64,000 nucleotides of DNA from an uncultured archaeon (lineage in GTDB: Archaea; Thermoproteota; Nitrososphaeria; Nitrososphaerales; Gagatemarchaeaceae), in NCBI GenBank assembly GCA_963817525.1, contig CAWFOU010000001.1, positions 192,001 to 256,000 of the forward strand, in the 5' to 3' direction. Both the position numbers and the translations under genes were made by a program. Shown here in pieces: positions 45,492-55,272 of the stretch. Position 1 is the stretch's first letter. Each line of letters begins with the position of its first letter. The notes under the pieces are model-generated. The model did no database searches. It was not told the DNA's origin and saw only the letters and a program-made list of their open reading frames with translations.

Positions 45492-46451
45492 TCAGTTGCC
45501 CGCCTCCCTCACTCCCACGGCGCCCGCCTGGAGGAGCTTGACGTACTCCGACTCTATCTCGCTCCGTTCGATGAGGATGTCTGAGAGGTTGTATGGGCCG
45601 TTCATCAGGCCCTTTACCATCCCTAGCTTGATTTTGCTAGGCACGGTCGCCCTGATCCACTCGCCGTCCGCCTCGAAGTCGAACGCGCCAAGGTCCTCCG
45701 CCAGCTTGGTCACGCCGGGGATGTCCACTTCCTTCACTCGGATGAACAGCGTGTCGTTGACGCTCAAGCGCGCCATCAGCTCGTCGGGAGGCCCTTTCAC
45801 CACCACCCTTCCGCGGTCGAGCACCATGACCTCGGTGGCGAGCTCGCCGAGCCCGGTCAGGTGGCTCGTCGTTATCATCGTCTTTCCCTGCTTTAGGAGC
45901 GCCCTGAGCAGCCTCTGGAACTCGAGCTGCCCTCTCAGGTCCACGTTGCTCGTGGGCTCGTCCAGGAGGAGGAGCTTGGGGTTGCCTATCAGCGCCAGGG
46001 CGATACCGAGCCTTTGCTTCATGCCGTCCGAGCAGGCTCTCACTCTCCTCTTCCTGGCGTCCCAGAGGTTGACCAAGCGGAGCTTCTCCTCGATCTGCTC
46101 AGGACCGAGGTTCTTGAGTCTGGTCGTCAGGACGGCGTGGTCGTAGAGGGTCAGAGACTCATAGAACGCATAGTTCTGCGGCACGTACCCGATGACCTTC
46201 TTCGCGCCCCTCGGGTCTTTGTTGACGTCGATGCCGTCAATCAGAACCTTCCCCTTGAAGTTGAGGATCCCCATGATCGACTTGATGAGAGTGGTCTTCC
46301 CCGCGCCGTTCGGGCCGAGGATCAAAACATGGGCGCCCGGCTTTATGTCCAGAGAGAGCTTGTAGAGCGCGGTGAACTTTCCGTATTTTTTCTCGACGTT
46401 TTGTATGCTTACTATCGGGACTTCTTGTTGCTGTGTAGCGAGTTGTTGCAA
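45492..46451 (-). CDS. ABC transporter ATP-binding protein (NosF/CcmA-like)
   Basis: GPNGAGKTT, CSDGMKQR (variant signature), LLLDEPT, TSH. Confidence 0.92.
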   Translation of the reverse strand: MQQLATQQQEVPIVSIQNVEKKYGKFTALYKLSLDIKPGAHVLILGPNGAGKTTLIKSIMGILNFKGKVLIDGIDVNKDPRGAKKVIGYVPQNYAFYESLTLYDHAVLTTRLKNLGPEQIEEKLRLVNLWDARKRRVRACSDGMKQRLGIALALIGNPKLLLLDEPTSNVDLRGQLEFQRLLRALLKQGKTMITTSHLTGLGELATEVMVLDRGRVVVKGPPDELMARLSVNDTLFIRVKEVDIPGVTKLAEDLGAFDFEADGEWIRATVPSKIKLGMVKGLMNGPYNLSDILIERSEIESEYVKLLQAGAVGVREAGN

Positions 46452-46608
46452 CTGTGCTTGGTCTCTGGCTTTCGCTCCGCCCGTATTTATCGGTTGGGGC
46501 TTGGGCGACTTTTCTCGAGAAACGTCATTTTTTCGGCTATAGTCGAGAAACGCCTCTCTTCTACGGCGGTCCCTCAGTTTTCCACGGATGGGCCGGGACG
46601 CGCAGTTC

Positions 46609-47367
46609 CTATGTCGACTTGGTCTCGGGCGATTTTATCTTTGGCTCGGCGGCCTGGGGCCTGCGGGGGAAGAACACGGCCGCGGCCATCAGGACCGCGC
46701 CGGAGGCGAGAAGCGCGTAAGGAAGGACCGTCTGTCCGGCGCTCTGACTGGCGGTCGGGGTGCTGGACGTGCTCGTTGTGCTGGAGGCGACCTGGTTTTG
46801 AACCAGGAGGGTCCCCCCGTCTCCGGTCATCGCGGGTTCGGTCACGTATGTCAGGTATGGATACCCGATCTCGTCTGTATCAAGCAGCACGACGCTGAAG
46901 GTCGCGTTGGCCGATTGCCCGGGAGCCAAGCCTGTGTTGAGCTGCGTCAGCGGGAAGGTGGCGTTGTTCGGTCCCCAGATGCCGCCGGGATAGAGGAAGC
47001 TCGAGGAGTTGAAGCCGGCGGGGCCGTAGAGGGTGACCTGCTGCTCCTGGGCTCCGACGAATAGCTGCACCTCGAGCTCATACGCCGTTATGTACTCTAT
47101 GATCCCGGTGAATTGGCCGACGTGCAGCGAAACCGAGATGGTGAGGTTCGTCCCCACCTGGGCCGTCGCCGGATAGGTGAAGTCCACGACGTAAGACGTG
47201 CTACCGTGGCTCTCGGTGTTCCCCATCTGCTGCGTGGAGCCCGATATTATCTGCACCGCGGCGGTGGCGCCTTGGGAGGGGGCAAGCAAGATCAAGGCAA
47301 AGACAAGCGGGAGGAATCTCCTCAGCAATATGCGTCCGCGTCGACGGTTCTCTCCGGTGCTGTTCAT
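46609..47367 (-). CDS. secreted surface protein with C-terminal anchor
   Basis: Signal peptide, beta-rich domain, S/T linker, C-terminal TM helix; ATG at 47367. Confidence 0.75.
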   Translation of the reverse strand: MNSTGENRRRGRILLRRFLPLVFALILLAPSQGATAAVQIISGSTQQMGNTESHGSTSYVVDFTYPATAQVGTNLTISVSLHVGQFTGIIEYITAYELEVQLFVGAQEQQVTLYGPAGFNSSSFLYPGGIWGPNNATFPLTQLNTGLAPGQSANATFSVVLLDTDEIGYPYLTYVTEPAMTGDGGTLLVQNQVASSTTSTSSTPTASQSAGQTVLPYALLASGAVLMAAAVFFPRRPQAAEPKIKSPETKST

Positions 47368-47375
47368 GGTCAATC

Positions 47376-48890
47376 TCACTCCGCTGTGAAGCTCAGCGGC
47401 CCCAGGGCCTCTATCCTGCTCTGCGCGTCCGCGAGCGCGGCGGCGGGTGTCAACGACCCTTTGAAGCCGGAGCTTATGTCGCCCGCTATGATGACCGCGG
47501 CTTGCAGCCATTGAGGGAACCCCAGAAGGGTCGTGAGGGTGCCCGCTTGCCAGATTTGGTTGACGAGGTCTGCCACGCCAAGCGTGCCGGCCAGGAGCGC
47601 GCTCGAGATCGCCGGCACTTCAGTGACGGAAGACCTCGTGGGGAAGTTATTGTACTCCCCGAGGAGCTTTGCTTCCTGTGCTCCCTTGGAGGTCGCCCAC
47701 TGGACCCACAGCCAAGCCATCTCCGGGTTCTTCGTGTACTTCGATACGCCAACCCCTGACCCCGCGTAGGGGTGGAAGCTCCCCTGAGGGCCCGCGGGGT
47801 TCGTCGCGTAGCTCATGAGGCCGACCACGTTAGACCTTCCAGGGTCGTTGAGCCACTGGGCGAAGCCGTCGAAAAGCAGCCCGCAGCCCGCAGCCTCGTA
47901 CGCGAGCGAGGTGAACACGTTGTCCCAGTTGTATGTGATGGAGGCGGGATCCGAAAGCGGGAAGAACCGGGCGTAGTCCTCCAGAGCCGCGAGCGCGGCG
48001 TCCGTGTTTATGGTCGGGGTGACCGTGTTCCCGTCCACTGCCCAGAGGCTCCCCCCGAAGCTGGCAAGGTGCGCCTGATACTCGTATATCACGGATACCG
48101 AAACGCTTGCCATGCTCACCGACCCGAACGGGGTCAAGCCGGACTTCTGGATTGCCGTGCAGTTGTCAAAGTGGTCGTCCCACGTCGCCGGCGGCGTGAG
48201 TCCTAGCTTTTGGAATACGTCCTCCCTGTAGAACAGGACTAGGGTCGGAGTATCGAAGGGGAGGACGGTAACGTTGGCGGCCGAGTCCCCCCCGTTCCCC
48301 CCCGAGAGAGCGGGAGGGTACGTCGCGATGCGGTCCCACGAGTAGCGGTAAAAGTCGTCGAAGTCGAGCTCGGGGTACGTGAGGTCGGGGTATGTGTCGG
48401 CCAGGGTGTACGGGGAGATGGGAAGCGTGGGGAAAACTCCGAGGTTCTCAACATCGAGGCTGTAGCAGTCGTAGGCGTCGCTGGCCGTGCTCGCCATCAG
48501 GGAGATGTCGTCGAGCTGGAGGGCGTAGGGGACGATGTTGTAATTGTCCCTTATCCCGCTCGCGACTAAGAAGTCGTTGTCTATGAGCTGAGTCGCATAC
48601 GGGCCGAACTCGGCCTCGAGGCTGATGTCGAGGGACTTGCCGCGGTAGGGGCCGGAGACGGACTGGAGCCACATCAGAAACTCCTGGTAGTCCGGGAGCG
48701 TGGATAACAGAGAGTTCGAAGTCGAGGTAGTCGGAGGCAGAGTCGAGGTGGAGTTTGAAGATAGGACTGAGGAAACCGACGACCGCGCCTTGCCGAAAAT
48801 ACCCGGGGACGCCAAGTCGGCGAGCCCGACTGAGAAGAGCCCCGCTCCCGCCAGGCCCATACCGTAACGCAGAAACTCTCTCCTATCCAA
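47376..48890 (-). CDS. carbohydrate-type ABC substrate-binding protein, Tat signal
   Basis: MDRREFL Tat motif; LPFD, LFYREDVFQKLGL.PPATWDD, KNPEMAWLWVQW. Confidence 0.88.
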   Translation of the reverse strand: MDRREFLRYGMGLAGAGLFSVGLADLASPGIFGKARSSVSSVLSSNSTSTLPPTTSTSNSLLSTLPDYQEFLMWLQSVSGPYRGKSLDISLEAEFGPYATQLIDNDFLVASGIRDNYNIVPYALQLDDISLMASTASDAYDCYSLDVENLGVFPTLPISPYTLADTYPDLTYPELDFDDFYRYSWDRIATYPPALSGGNGGDSAANVTVLPFDTPTLVLFYREDVFQKLGLTPPATWDDHFDNCTAIQKSGLTPFGSVSMASVSVSVIYEYQAHLASFGGSLWAVDGNTVTPTINTDAALAALEDYARFFPLSDPASITYNWDNVFTSLAYEAAGCGLLFDGFAQWLNDPGRSNVVGLMSYATNPAGPQGSFHPYAGSGVGVSKYTKNPEMAWLWVQWATSKGAQEAKLLGEYNNFPTRSSVTEVPAISSALLAGTLGVADLVNQIWQAGTLTTLLGFPQWLQAAVIIAGDISSGFKGSLTPAAALADAQSRIEALGPLSFTAE

Positions 48891-49186
48891 GATTCTCCAC
48901 CACGCTGGCCGCCGTCGGGCCTGATGATAAAGAACCCCCGCGCGTATATAAGCAGTTTTACAGATTCAGGGCCAAGAGCTTCCGGAAGCTGCTTCGGCTT
49001 CCTCGGCAGAAAGGGGTGGATGGCGGGACGCGACGCGAAAGATTCGACATTCCTTATATGGGTGGAGGCAAGAGTCAGAATGAAGACGAGTCAGGGTTTG
49101 CTTGCTCGGAAGAGTCGGGGAGGCGGAAGGCGAGACATGTTGAGTCGCGCCTCATCGTCCGGTCGAGGTCCTTAGGCCTGTCCTCC

Positions 49187-50110
49187 TTGAATCTCGACCC
49201 AGTCATCCTCGAGATAATCTCAGCCGTAGCCGTGTTGTTCGGCGCGTCGACGTTGCTATTGGCCACGAGGGCGCGAAAGACGAACGCCCTTGGCGCCTGG
49301 GGCGTGCTGTCCTTCACCTTCAACGAGGCAATCAGGACGAAGTGGCTCATGGTGTTCGCCGTGGCATTCTTCTTCGTCGCCTCGAACCTCGTCGGGATGT
49401 TCGCTTCCCTAATCCATATGCTCCCGCCGGAGTACGGCGTCCTCGCCCTTAACGAGCAGGTGCTCGTCGCCTTCCCCCTCGTCCCTCTTCTCGCTCTCCT
49501 CATGGGGGCGACGTCGATCGTCGACGACAGAGAGTCCGGCACGATGCAGTACCTGCTCTCAAACCCGATCACAAAGCTCGACTTCTTCCTGGGACGAATC
49601 GGAGGCCTGCTCTTGGCCACAACCTTGGTGATCTTCCTGGGGTTCGGCGGCGCCGCGGTCCTGACCTTCGCTCTGGGAAGCGCTCAGTTCGTCGCCGTGG
49701 CCGTGTTGGCTCTGGCCGCGTCGCTGCTAAACGCGGTGATGCTCGCCCTCGCGCTCATAATCTCGGAGGTCTCGAGGAGAAGGACAACCGCCATCGGCAT
49801 CGCGATCTTCATCTGGTTCCTCCTTACCACCGTATCCGGCCTAGACACGCTGACGTACGCAGTATACTGGAAGGCGAGCGCGACCGCCGCCGTGTCCCTC
49901 GTGCTGCTAGACCCGGTCGAGACCAGCCGCATCGTAGGCATCGAGGCGGCACACCTGAACGAGACTGCTGTCTTCGGACAGAGCGACTACCTAGCAAAGC
50001 ACTTTCTCGGCGGCGAGTTGCTTGCAGTCACGGTCGTCTCAGTGATAGCCTGGCTTGTATTCCTGACTGTCGTTGGCTTCGTCGTGTTCAGACACCAAGA
50101 TTCCGCCTGA
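49187..50110 (+). CDS. ABC-2 / NosY-like permease (paralog of 44555..45490)
   Basis: Shares NALGxWG, PLLAL, DRESGTMQYLLSNP, LLDPVE and FRHQDxA; start uncertain (TTG 49187 or ATG 49058). Confidence 0.85.
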   Translation: MNLDPVILEIISAVAVLFGASTLLLATRARKTNALGAWGVLSFTFNEAIRTKWLMVFAVAFFFVASNLVGMFASLIHMLPPEYGVLALNEQVLVAFPLVPLLALLMGATSIVDDRESGTMQYLLSNPITKLDFFLGRIGGLLLATTLVIFLGFGGAAVLTFALGSAQFVAVAVLALAASLLNAVMLALALIISEVSRRRTTAIGIAIFIWFLLTTVSGLDTLTYAVYWKASATAAVSLVLLDPVETSRIVGIEAAHLNETAVFGQSDYLAKHFLGGELLAVTVVSVIAWLVFLTVVGFVVFRHQDSA

Positions 50111-50171
50111 CACCGAATTCCCAAGCCAGCAAGGGAACCAACCTCGCTTCGCCCCAGGCTGCCGCTTGTCC

Positions 50172-50507
50172 CTACCGCTTCTTCCTGGCGCTTCCCTTCC
50201 GGTCGCCGCTCACAGCGACGAGGATGGCCCCGGCGATGGCCAGGACGACACCGATTGCCAGATAGTCAGTCCATACGTTCGTGACGTTCTGCTGAATGTA
50301 GTTGTTGGTCTGGGCCAAGACCGAGTCCATGTAGGTGGCGTTGGGCGCGACTCCCTGGATGCCGACGTATTTGATTATCCAGCCGTCGGCGGTGCCGGCC
50401 GTGGAATGGAGCGACTCTGAGAACCCTGCGACCGCAGCCCCCACAAGGCAAAGGCCGAATCCGATCATTCGCACTACCAGGGACAGACTTGGCTTCACCA
50501 GGGACAA
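50172..50507 (-). CDS. 2-TM membrane protein
   Basis: Two TM helices ending GDRK; resembles 53386..53724. Confidence 0.7.
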   Translation of the reverse strand: MSLVKPSLSLVVRMIGFGLCLVGAAVAGFSESLHSTAGTADGWIIKYVGIQGVAPNATYMDSVLAQTNNYIQQNVTNVWTDYLAIGVVLAIAGAILVAVSGDRKGSARKKR

Positions 50508-50656
50508 ACTTGAATTTGCGGGGCCGAGTAGTTATTTAAGCGTGCAAAAAGTCGTCCCAGATATCTCTAGGTTCAGTATTTAGGCAAGAAACGAAATCAG
50601 CGGAATCCGTTTACCGAGCAAGACCTATATAGCCAATTTGGCGGAAACGCAACTGC

Positions 50657-53185
50657 ATGACGAAGGAATTTCCGAAGGATATAACGAAAGCATTAACGAA
50701 AAGTATGAAGAAAACATTAAGCAACACATCAATCCGCGCAATCGCACTAAGCCTACTATTCATAGTCTCAGGGATAGGCGCGTCCGTCCTCATGAACCCC
50801 GCAGCTGCCACCACCAACGCGGCAGCGCCCTCGGCCGCGGCACCAGTCGCGGCAGCGCCAGCGCTGACGCAGGCGGAGGCCAACTGGGAGTTCCCGAACG
50901 GCAACGCCTTCAACCAGGACTACAACCCGCAGACCCAGATCAACAGCTCCAACATCCAATACCTTGGATTAGCTTGGATCTACCCGCTGCCTAACGTCCC
51001 GACCTCCCTGACGCCCCTCGTGGGCTTCATCGGCGGACCCGGCGTTGGCATGGCAATCATAATCGTCAACGGCACCGCATTCGCCACGACGAACTTCGAC
51101 GAGACCATCGCGTTCAACGTCGCCAACGGTGACGTGCTCTGGACCGACCAGTCGCCTCTAGCGGTCAACCAGACCGCCGGCCAGGCAACAGGCCCAGTCC
51201 CGCTGCACGACCACGACGGCAACGAGTGGTTCTCCTCCGCGACGTTCGGCTCCGGCGTGTCCGGCCCGACGCTGTGGTTCCAGGGTGAGAACAACAGGGT
51301 CTATGCAATCAACGCCTTGAACGGCGACCACGAGCTCAACTTCTCCGACTTCACTGGCCTCAACATGGTGGCAGGCAACAATCCGCAGAGCATCTACAAC
51401 GGTATCGGCGCCTCGAACATCGTCATCAACCCGACACTGGGCATCCTGGTGTCTGGCCACGACGCTGAGATCGACGCCGACAACGGAAGAGGCTTCTTCG
51501 CAGGATGGAACCTGAACACCAACCCGGTCACCCAGAAGTGGATCACCTACGACGTTCCTCCCCAACCAGGGAGCCCAACGGCGTCGCTGAACCCCTACTT
51601 CGACCAGCAGTTGATCGCCAACATGACCACCGCGACGACCTTCTACCCTGGTGAGAACGGCTCTACCAACGGGTACACGACGCCGACTGAAGTCGCTGGC
51701 GGAGTCTTGAACAACGTCAACAACGACATCGTCGTCAACTGGAAGGCGCTGTCTCCGACTCAGCTCAACACCACACTCTACAACGACTGGGGACAGTCCG
51801 ACCAGACGGCCCAGTGCCTCGCCATCGACGGCGGCGGCTCTACGGGCTCCACAGGCTCCGCATGGGGCGGCGCTTGGGTGGTCGGCTCTGGCCAATCAGA
51901 GGGGATGGTCTTCCTAGGGACGAACAACAAGGACCCGTTCACCGGACCTTGCGACCCAGGACCTGACCTCTGGTCAGCTTCAGTCCTCGGACTCAACATC
52001 ACCACGGGCCAGATCGTATGGGGCTTCCAGACGACGACTCACGATGTCTGGGACTACGACTGCTCCTGGTACCAAGCACTAGCCAACGCGACAGTCGCGG
52101 GAGTGAACACCGAAGTCATCCTGAAGACGTGCAAGGACGGATACCTCTTCGAGATCAACGCCCTCACAGGCAACTTGATCTGGGCGTGGGATCCACCTGC
52201 TAACATCGAGACCTCCGGGCCTAGCAGATGTCCAGTCTGCTACCCGATGAACCCGATGAACGCGTCTCAGACCGACATCGACTTCCCATCCGCACTCACC
52301 AACTGCTACCCAGCATACACCATCGCTTGTGACAGGGGCTCGCAGCCTCCGTTCCTCCAGTGGCCATCTGAACTGGCCGGCTTCGAGGACGAACAGGCAT
52401 TCGACCCAGCCACAGGCCTCATCTACGCAACCTCGCACGTAGTGCCCGACTACATGGGCTACTTCGGGCTCAACGCGTCCACCTACTTCTCCTCCACAGG
52501 TGAAGGCGGTGTCGCTTGTCCCACGTGCGGTACTCTCACCGACAACGCCACACTCTGGGCTATCAACGAAAACACCGGAGCCGTGCAATGGCACGACCCA
52601 GTAGCGAATCTGCAGGGATACCGTGGACAGACCGACCTCAGCGGTAACGTCGTCTTCAACGTCCTGTCCTCGGGCGACATCATCATGACGAACGCCGCGA
52701 CAGGCGCACTCATCAGAGACTACTACATCGGCGCGCCAATGGACGTGAGCGTCTCAATCGGAGCATCGGTCAATGGGCAGGAGTACATCCTCGTCCCAGT
52801 CGGGACCTGCAGCTTCGAGGCAGTCGCCACGTGTCCAGGCACAACGCCAGGAGACGTAGTGGCTCTGACGCTGACGACGCCACCGCCTTCCTCAGCGAGC
52901 ACTAGCACCACCACGGTAACAGCAACATCCACCACCACATCGGTGTCGACAACGACAGCAGTATCCACAACCACTGCCACGGCATCAGGCGCTACCGTCA
53001 CGGTAACGACCGGAGCCAACGGGCAGACAACCACGGTCACCATGAGTGGAGTCACCACCACGGTCACCTCCACATCCACATCTTCCAGCAACAACACAGC
53101 ACTCTATGGAGTCGCCATAGTCGCCGTGATCTTCATCATAGCTACGGGCTATCTTGCCATGCGTGGCAGGAAGCCCTCCTCCTAA
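50657..53185 (+). CDS. PQQ-dependent dehydrogenase-like beta-propeller protein, surface-anchored
   Basis: NW.FPNGN..NQDYNPQTQINSSNI..L.LAW, repeated AINAxTGxxxW blades, GGSTGSTGSAWG, WGFQTTTHDVWDYD, KDGYLF; Thr-rich linker and C-terminal TM. Start may be ATG 50705. Confidence 0.88.
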   Translation: MTKEFPKDITKALTKSMKKTLSNTSIRAIALSLLFIVSGIGASVLMNPAAATTNAAAPSAAAPVAAAPALTQAEANWEFPNGNAFNQDYNPQTQINSSNIQYLGLAWIYPLPNVPTSLTPLVGFIGGPGVGMAIIIVNGTAFATTNFDETIAFNVANGDVLWTDQSPLAVNQTAGQATGPVPLHDHDGNEWFSSATFGSGVSGPTLWFQGENNRVYAINALNGDHELNFSDFTGLNMVAGNNPQSIYNGIGASNIVINPTLGILVSGHDAEIDADNGRGFFAGWNLNTNPVTQKWITYDVPPQPGSPTASLNPYFDQQLIANMTTATTFYPGENGSTNGYTTPTEVAGGVLNNVNNDIVVNWKALSPTQLNTTLYNDWGQSDQTAQCLAIDGGGSTGSTGSAWGGAWVVGSGQSEGMVFLGTNNKDPFTGPCDPGPDLWSASVLGLNITTGQIVWGFQTTTHDVWDYDCSWYQALANATVAGVNTEVILKTCKDGYLFEINALTGNLIWAWDPPANIETSGPSRCPVCYPMNPMNASQTDIDFPSALTNCYPAYTIACDRGSQPPFLQWPSELAGFEDEQAFDPATGLIYATSHVVPDYMGYFGLNASTYFSSTGEGGVACPTCGTLTDNATLWAINENTGAVQWHDPVANLQGYRGQTDLSGNVVFNVLSSGDIIMTNAATGALIRDYYIGAPMDVSVSIGASVNGQEYILVPVGTCSFEAVATCPGTTPGDVVALTLTTPPPSSASTSTTTVTATSTTTSVSTTTAVSTTTATASGATVTVTTGANGQTTTVTMSGVTTTVTSTSTSSSNNTALYGVAIVAVIFIIATGYLAMRGRKPSS

Positions 53186-53267
53186 TTTTAGGAGCGAGCG
53201 CAACACCAAACCCCGGAATAATCGTGGGCTCTCCTGCCAACAGGCAGGAAGCCCGCCTCCTAGTTTT
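53165..53267 (+). repeat. direct repeat of the gene end with an intervening inverted copy (terminator-like)
   Basis: 53165-53189 versus 53243-53267 match at 23/25; GGGCTCTCCTGCC (53226-53238) is complementary to both. Confidence 0.75.
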
Positions 53268-53385
53268 TGCAATCTATCAGCGGAAGTGCTTAGGACTTTA
53301 CGATTTTCTTTTTACAACCCGCAGCCTGACGTAGGGCGTCTCGAGTGACCGAGCCTAGAGCCTACTCCCCGAAGGGGGCGCCGAC

Positions 53386-53724
53386 TTAGTTGTGCGTTCC
53401 CACTTCGAGGGGCTCTGTGAGCAGCGGGAGCGCCTCTTCCGGCGGCCTGGGCTTCTTGTCTCCCCTATAGACCAGCATGAGGCCGAAGCAGGCCAGGAGG
53501 ACTCCGAACACCCAGTATGTCCCGTAGTTGGCGGAAAGAGTCGCCGTCACCACGTCTTGGATGTACGCGCCGATCATGCTGCCGACCCCAGGAGTGACCA
53601 CAGAAAGCGAATAGATGAAATTGCCCACCGCGTTTGAAATCGTTATCATGCCCTGGGCGTTCCCGATGAGGTATCCGCCCGAGAGGCACAACACGACTCC
53701 CAGGAGTCGGCTGGCGAGGGACAT
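53386..53724 (-). CDS. 2-TM membrane protein
   Basis: Two TM helices ending RGDKK; probable paralog of 50172..50507. Confidence 0.72.
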   Translation of the reverse strand: MSLASRLLGVVLCLSGGYLIGNAQGMITISNAVGNFIYSLSVVTPGVGSMIGAYIQDVVTATLSANYGTYWVFGVLLACFGLMLVYRGDKKPRPPEEALPLLTEPLEVGTHN

Positions 53725-53761
53725 TTTCGTCTCTTTTTTCCTCGACTCGTTTATTTAAAGA

Positions 53762-54400
53762 GTGCGAGCCGGCGGCGAGAACTCGCTCACCCGGCTTTTT
53801 TCGGGCGCCGCTTGGCCCGCCAAGCTTGCGGCGACACAAAGTTTAACTTCGGCAAATGGTCCGAGGAGTACCACGAAGCAAACGTCTGTCCTAGTAGTCG
53901 TAGTAGCGGCGGTCATAATCGTGGCGGCCGGTGCAGGAATCCTTCTCACCGGGCACTCATCCAACAAGACCTCGAGCTCAGTCGTCTCCTCCTCCTCTTC
54001 CGAGAGTTCCGCCGGGGTTCAGCCGTTAATGATCAACTACAGCCAGCTCATCGTCGGCTATCAGGGGGGGCTCTTCCAGATTGGGTTTCAGGGCACGGGA
54101 ACGCAGCGGATCGATGGCGTAGTGCTGGTCCTGTCGACTCCCGTGCAGGCGGCGATGTGCACCGGCGGCGACTCTCTCGGTTTCGGCAACTGCACGCCCG
54201 GGCCGAACAAGTCCTACACGTACACGGTGGCTTACGGAGGTTCTTTCGCCGCCAACGCCACCTTCTCGGGAGTGGATACGGGGGCAGGCCCAGGATCGGC
54301 TGTGGTCGGACAGAGCTACCCTGTGTCAATCACGGTGACCTACACCGACGGGACGAGCGTGGTCCAAAACTTCAGCGTGCAGGCCACCTCCGGCAGCTAG
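53762..54400 (+). CDS. membrane-anchored secreted protein (start uncertain)
   Basis: TM helix, Ser linker, Cys pair and pilin-like C-terminal GQSYPVSITVTYTDG; no in-frame ATG near the TM. Confidence 0.7.
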   Translation: MRAGGENSLTRLFSGAAWPAKLAATQSLTSANGPRSTTKQTSVLVVVVAAVIIVAAGAGILLTGHSSNKTSSSVVSSSSSESSAGVQPLMINYSQLIVGYQGGLFQIGFQGTGTQRIDGVVLVLSTPVQAAMCTGGDSLGFGNCTPGPNKSYTYTVAYGGSFAANATFSGVDTGAGPGSAVVGQSYPVSITVTYTDGTSVVQNFSVQATSGS

Positions 54401-54431
54401 AGAAAGAGACGTTCCTTGCTCGAGGTTCTAA

Positions 54432-55208
54432 TCAAGGGCCGGTTCGCTTGCGTTTCTCGCGCCGGTCTATTGACCTCAACCTTAGAGCCGCGATAGCGAG
54501 GACGCCGAACAGGAAGGCGTACACCGAGGCCGCGATGTAAGGCCCCGCGTGCCATTCGAAGCTCTTCTCGGAGACGAGGTTAGGGTTACCCCCCTTCAGC
54601 TCGTAGCCCCACTGCGGGAAGGTCGTCGCCGAGGGGATCCCCGCGTCGATGAGCGAAGAGTCATACAGCGTGTACGCCCAGTTCTCCTTGGTTATCTGCC
54701 ACCCCGAGCCGGCCCAGGCCCACTGCTCGCTCACGTCTATGATGGCGTGGACGATCCCCGCGGCGGTGCTGTTGGCGATGAGCTTGATCACGAAGGACGC
54801 GTTTTCTTGCGTAGGGCTGGACACGCCCTGCGTGTAGTCGCTGATGTTCGCGTCGAGCGAGCTCGACTTTCCGACTGTGGTCGCGTAGATCAGCTTGATG
54901 TTGGTGGTCCCCGTGTACATCCCAGAAAGTCCTCCCGTGGAACCCGACCAGATGTCCACCGCATCCGGGCTATAGAACGCAATCAAGCCTTCGACGTTCC
55001 TGGTGTTGAGGTCCTGGATCAGCTGGCTCACGGTCGAGTTCAAAGCAACGGTGGGCAGTGAGCTGGTGGACGAAGTCTGGGCGGAGGTGGTCTTCGAACC
55101 CTTGGGCAGGAGTACGAGCGCGCCCGCGACCACGATGACCACGATTATGACGAGGGCCGCGGGGACGGCGAGCTTGGACATCCCCCTCCTCCGCCTGCCT
55201 GCGAACAT
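54432..55208 (-). CDS. SnoaL/NTF2-fold surface protein with a class III-like signal peptide
   Basis: RRRRG-MSKL plus TM; LNTRNVEGLIAFYSPDA, YTGTTNI, GWQITKENW; C-terminal TM. Confidence 0.75.
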   Translation of the reverse strand: MFAGRRRRGMSKLAVPAALVIIVVIVVAGALVLLPKGSKTTSAQTSSTSSLPTVALNSTVSQLIQDLNTRNVEGLIAFYSPDAVDIWSGSTGGLSGMYTGTTNIKLIYATTVGKSSSLDANISDYTQGVSSPTQENASFVIKLIANSTAAGIVHAIIDVSEQWAWAGSGWQITKENWAYTLYDSSLIDAGIPSATTFPQWGYELKGGNPNLVSEKSFEWHAGPYIAASVYAFLFGVLAIAALRLRSIDRREKRKRTGP

Positions 55209-55272
55209 GCCGGAGCGAGCACGTTGCTTCCATTTGAACTGTGCTGTCCGAGGGAATAGGGCGCTCACTGGG

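Noticed and set aside
44555-46451. nosFY implying nitrous oxide reduction
   Set aside because: No nosZ or nosD in the window; this permease family is broader than denitrification.
52890-53095. Repetitive ACC/ACG-rich stretch as a repeat array or CRISPR
   Set aside because: It encodes the Thr-rich linker of the dehydrogenase; there is no repeat-spacer periodicity, and no CRISPR array or cas gene was seen in the window.
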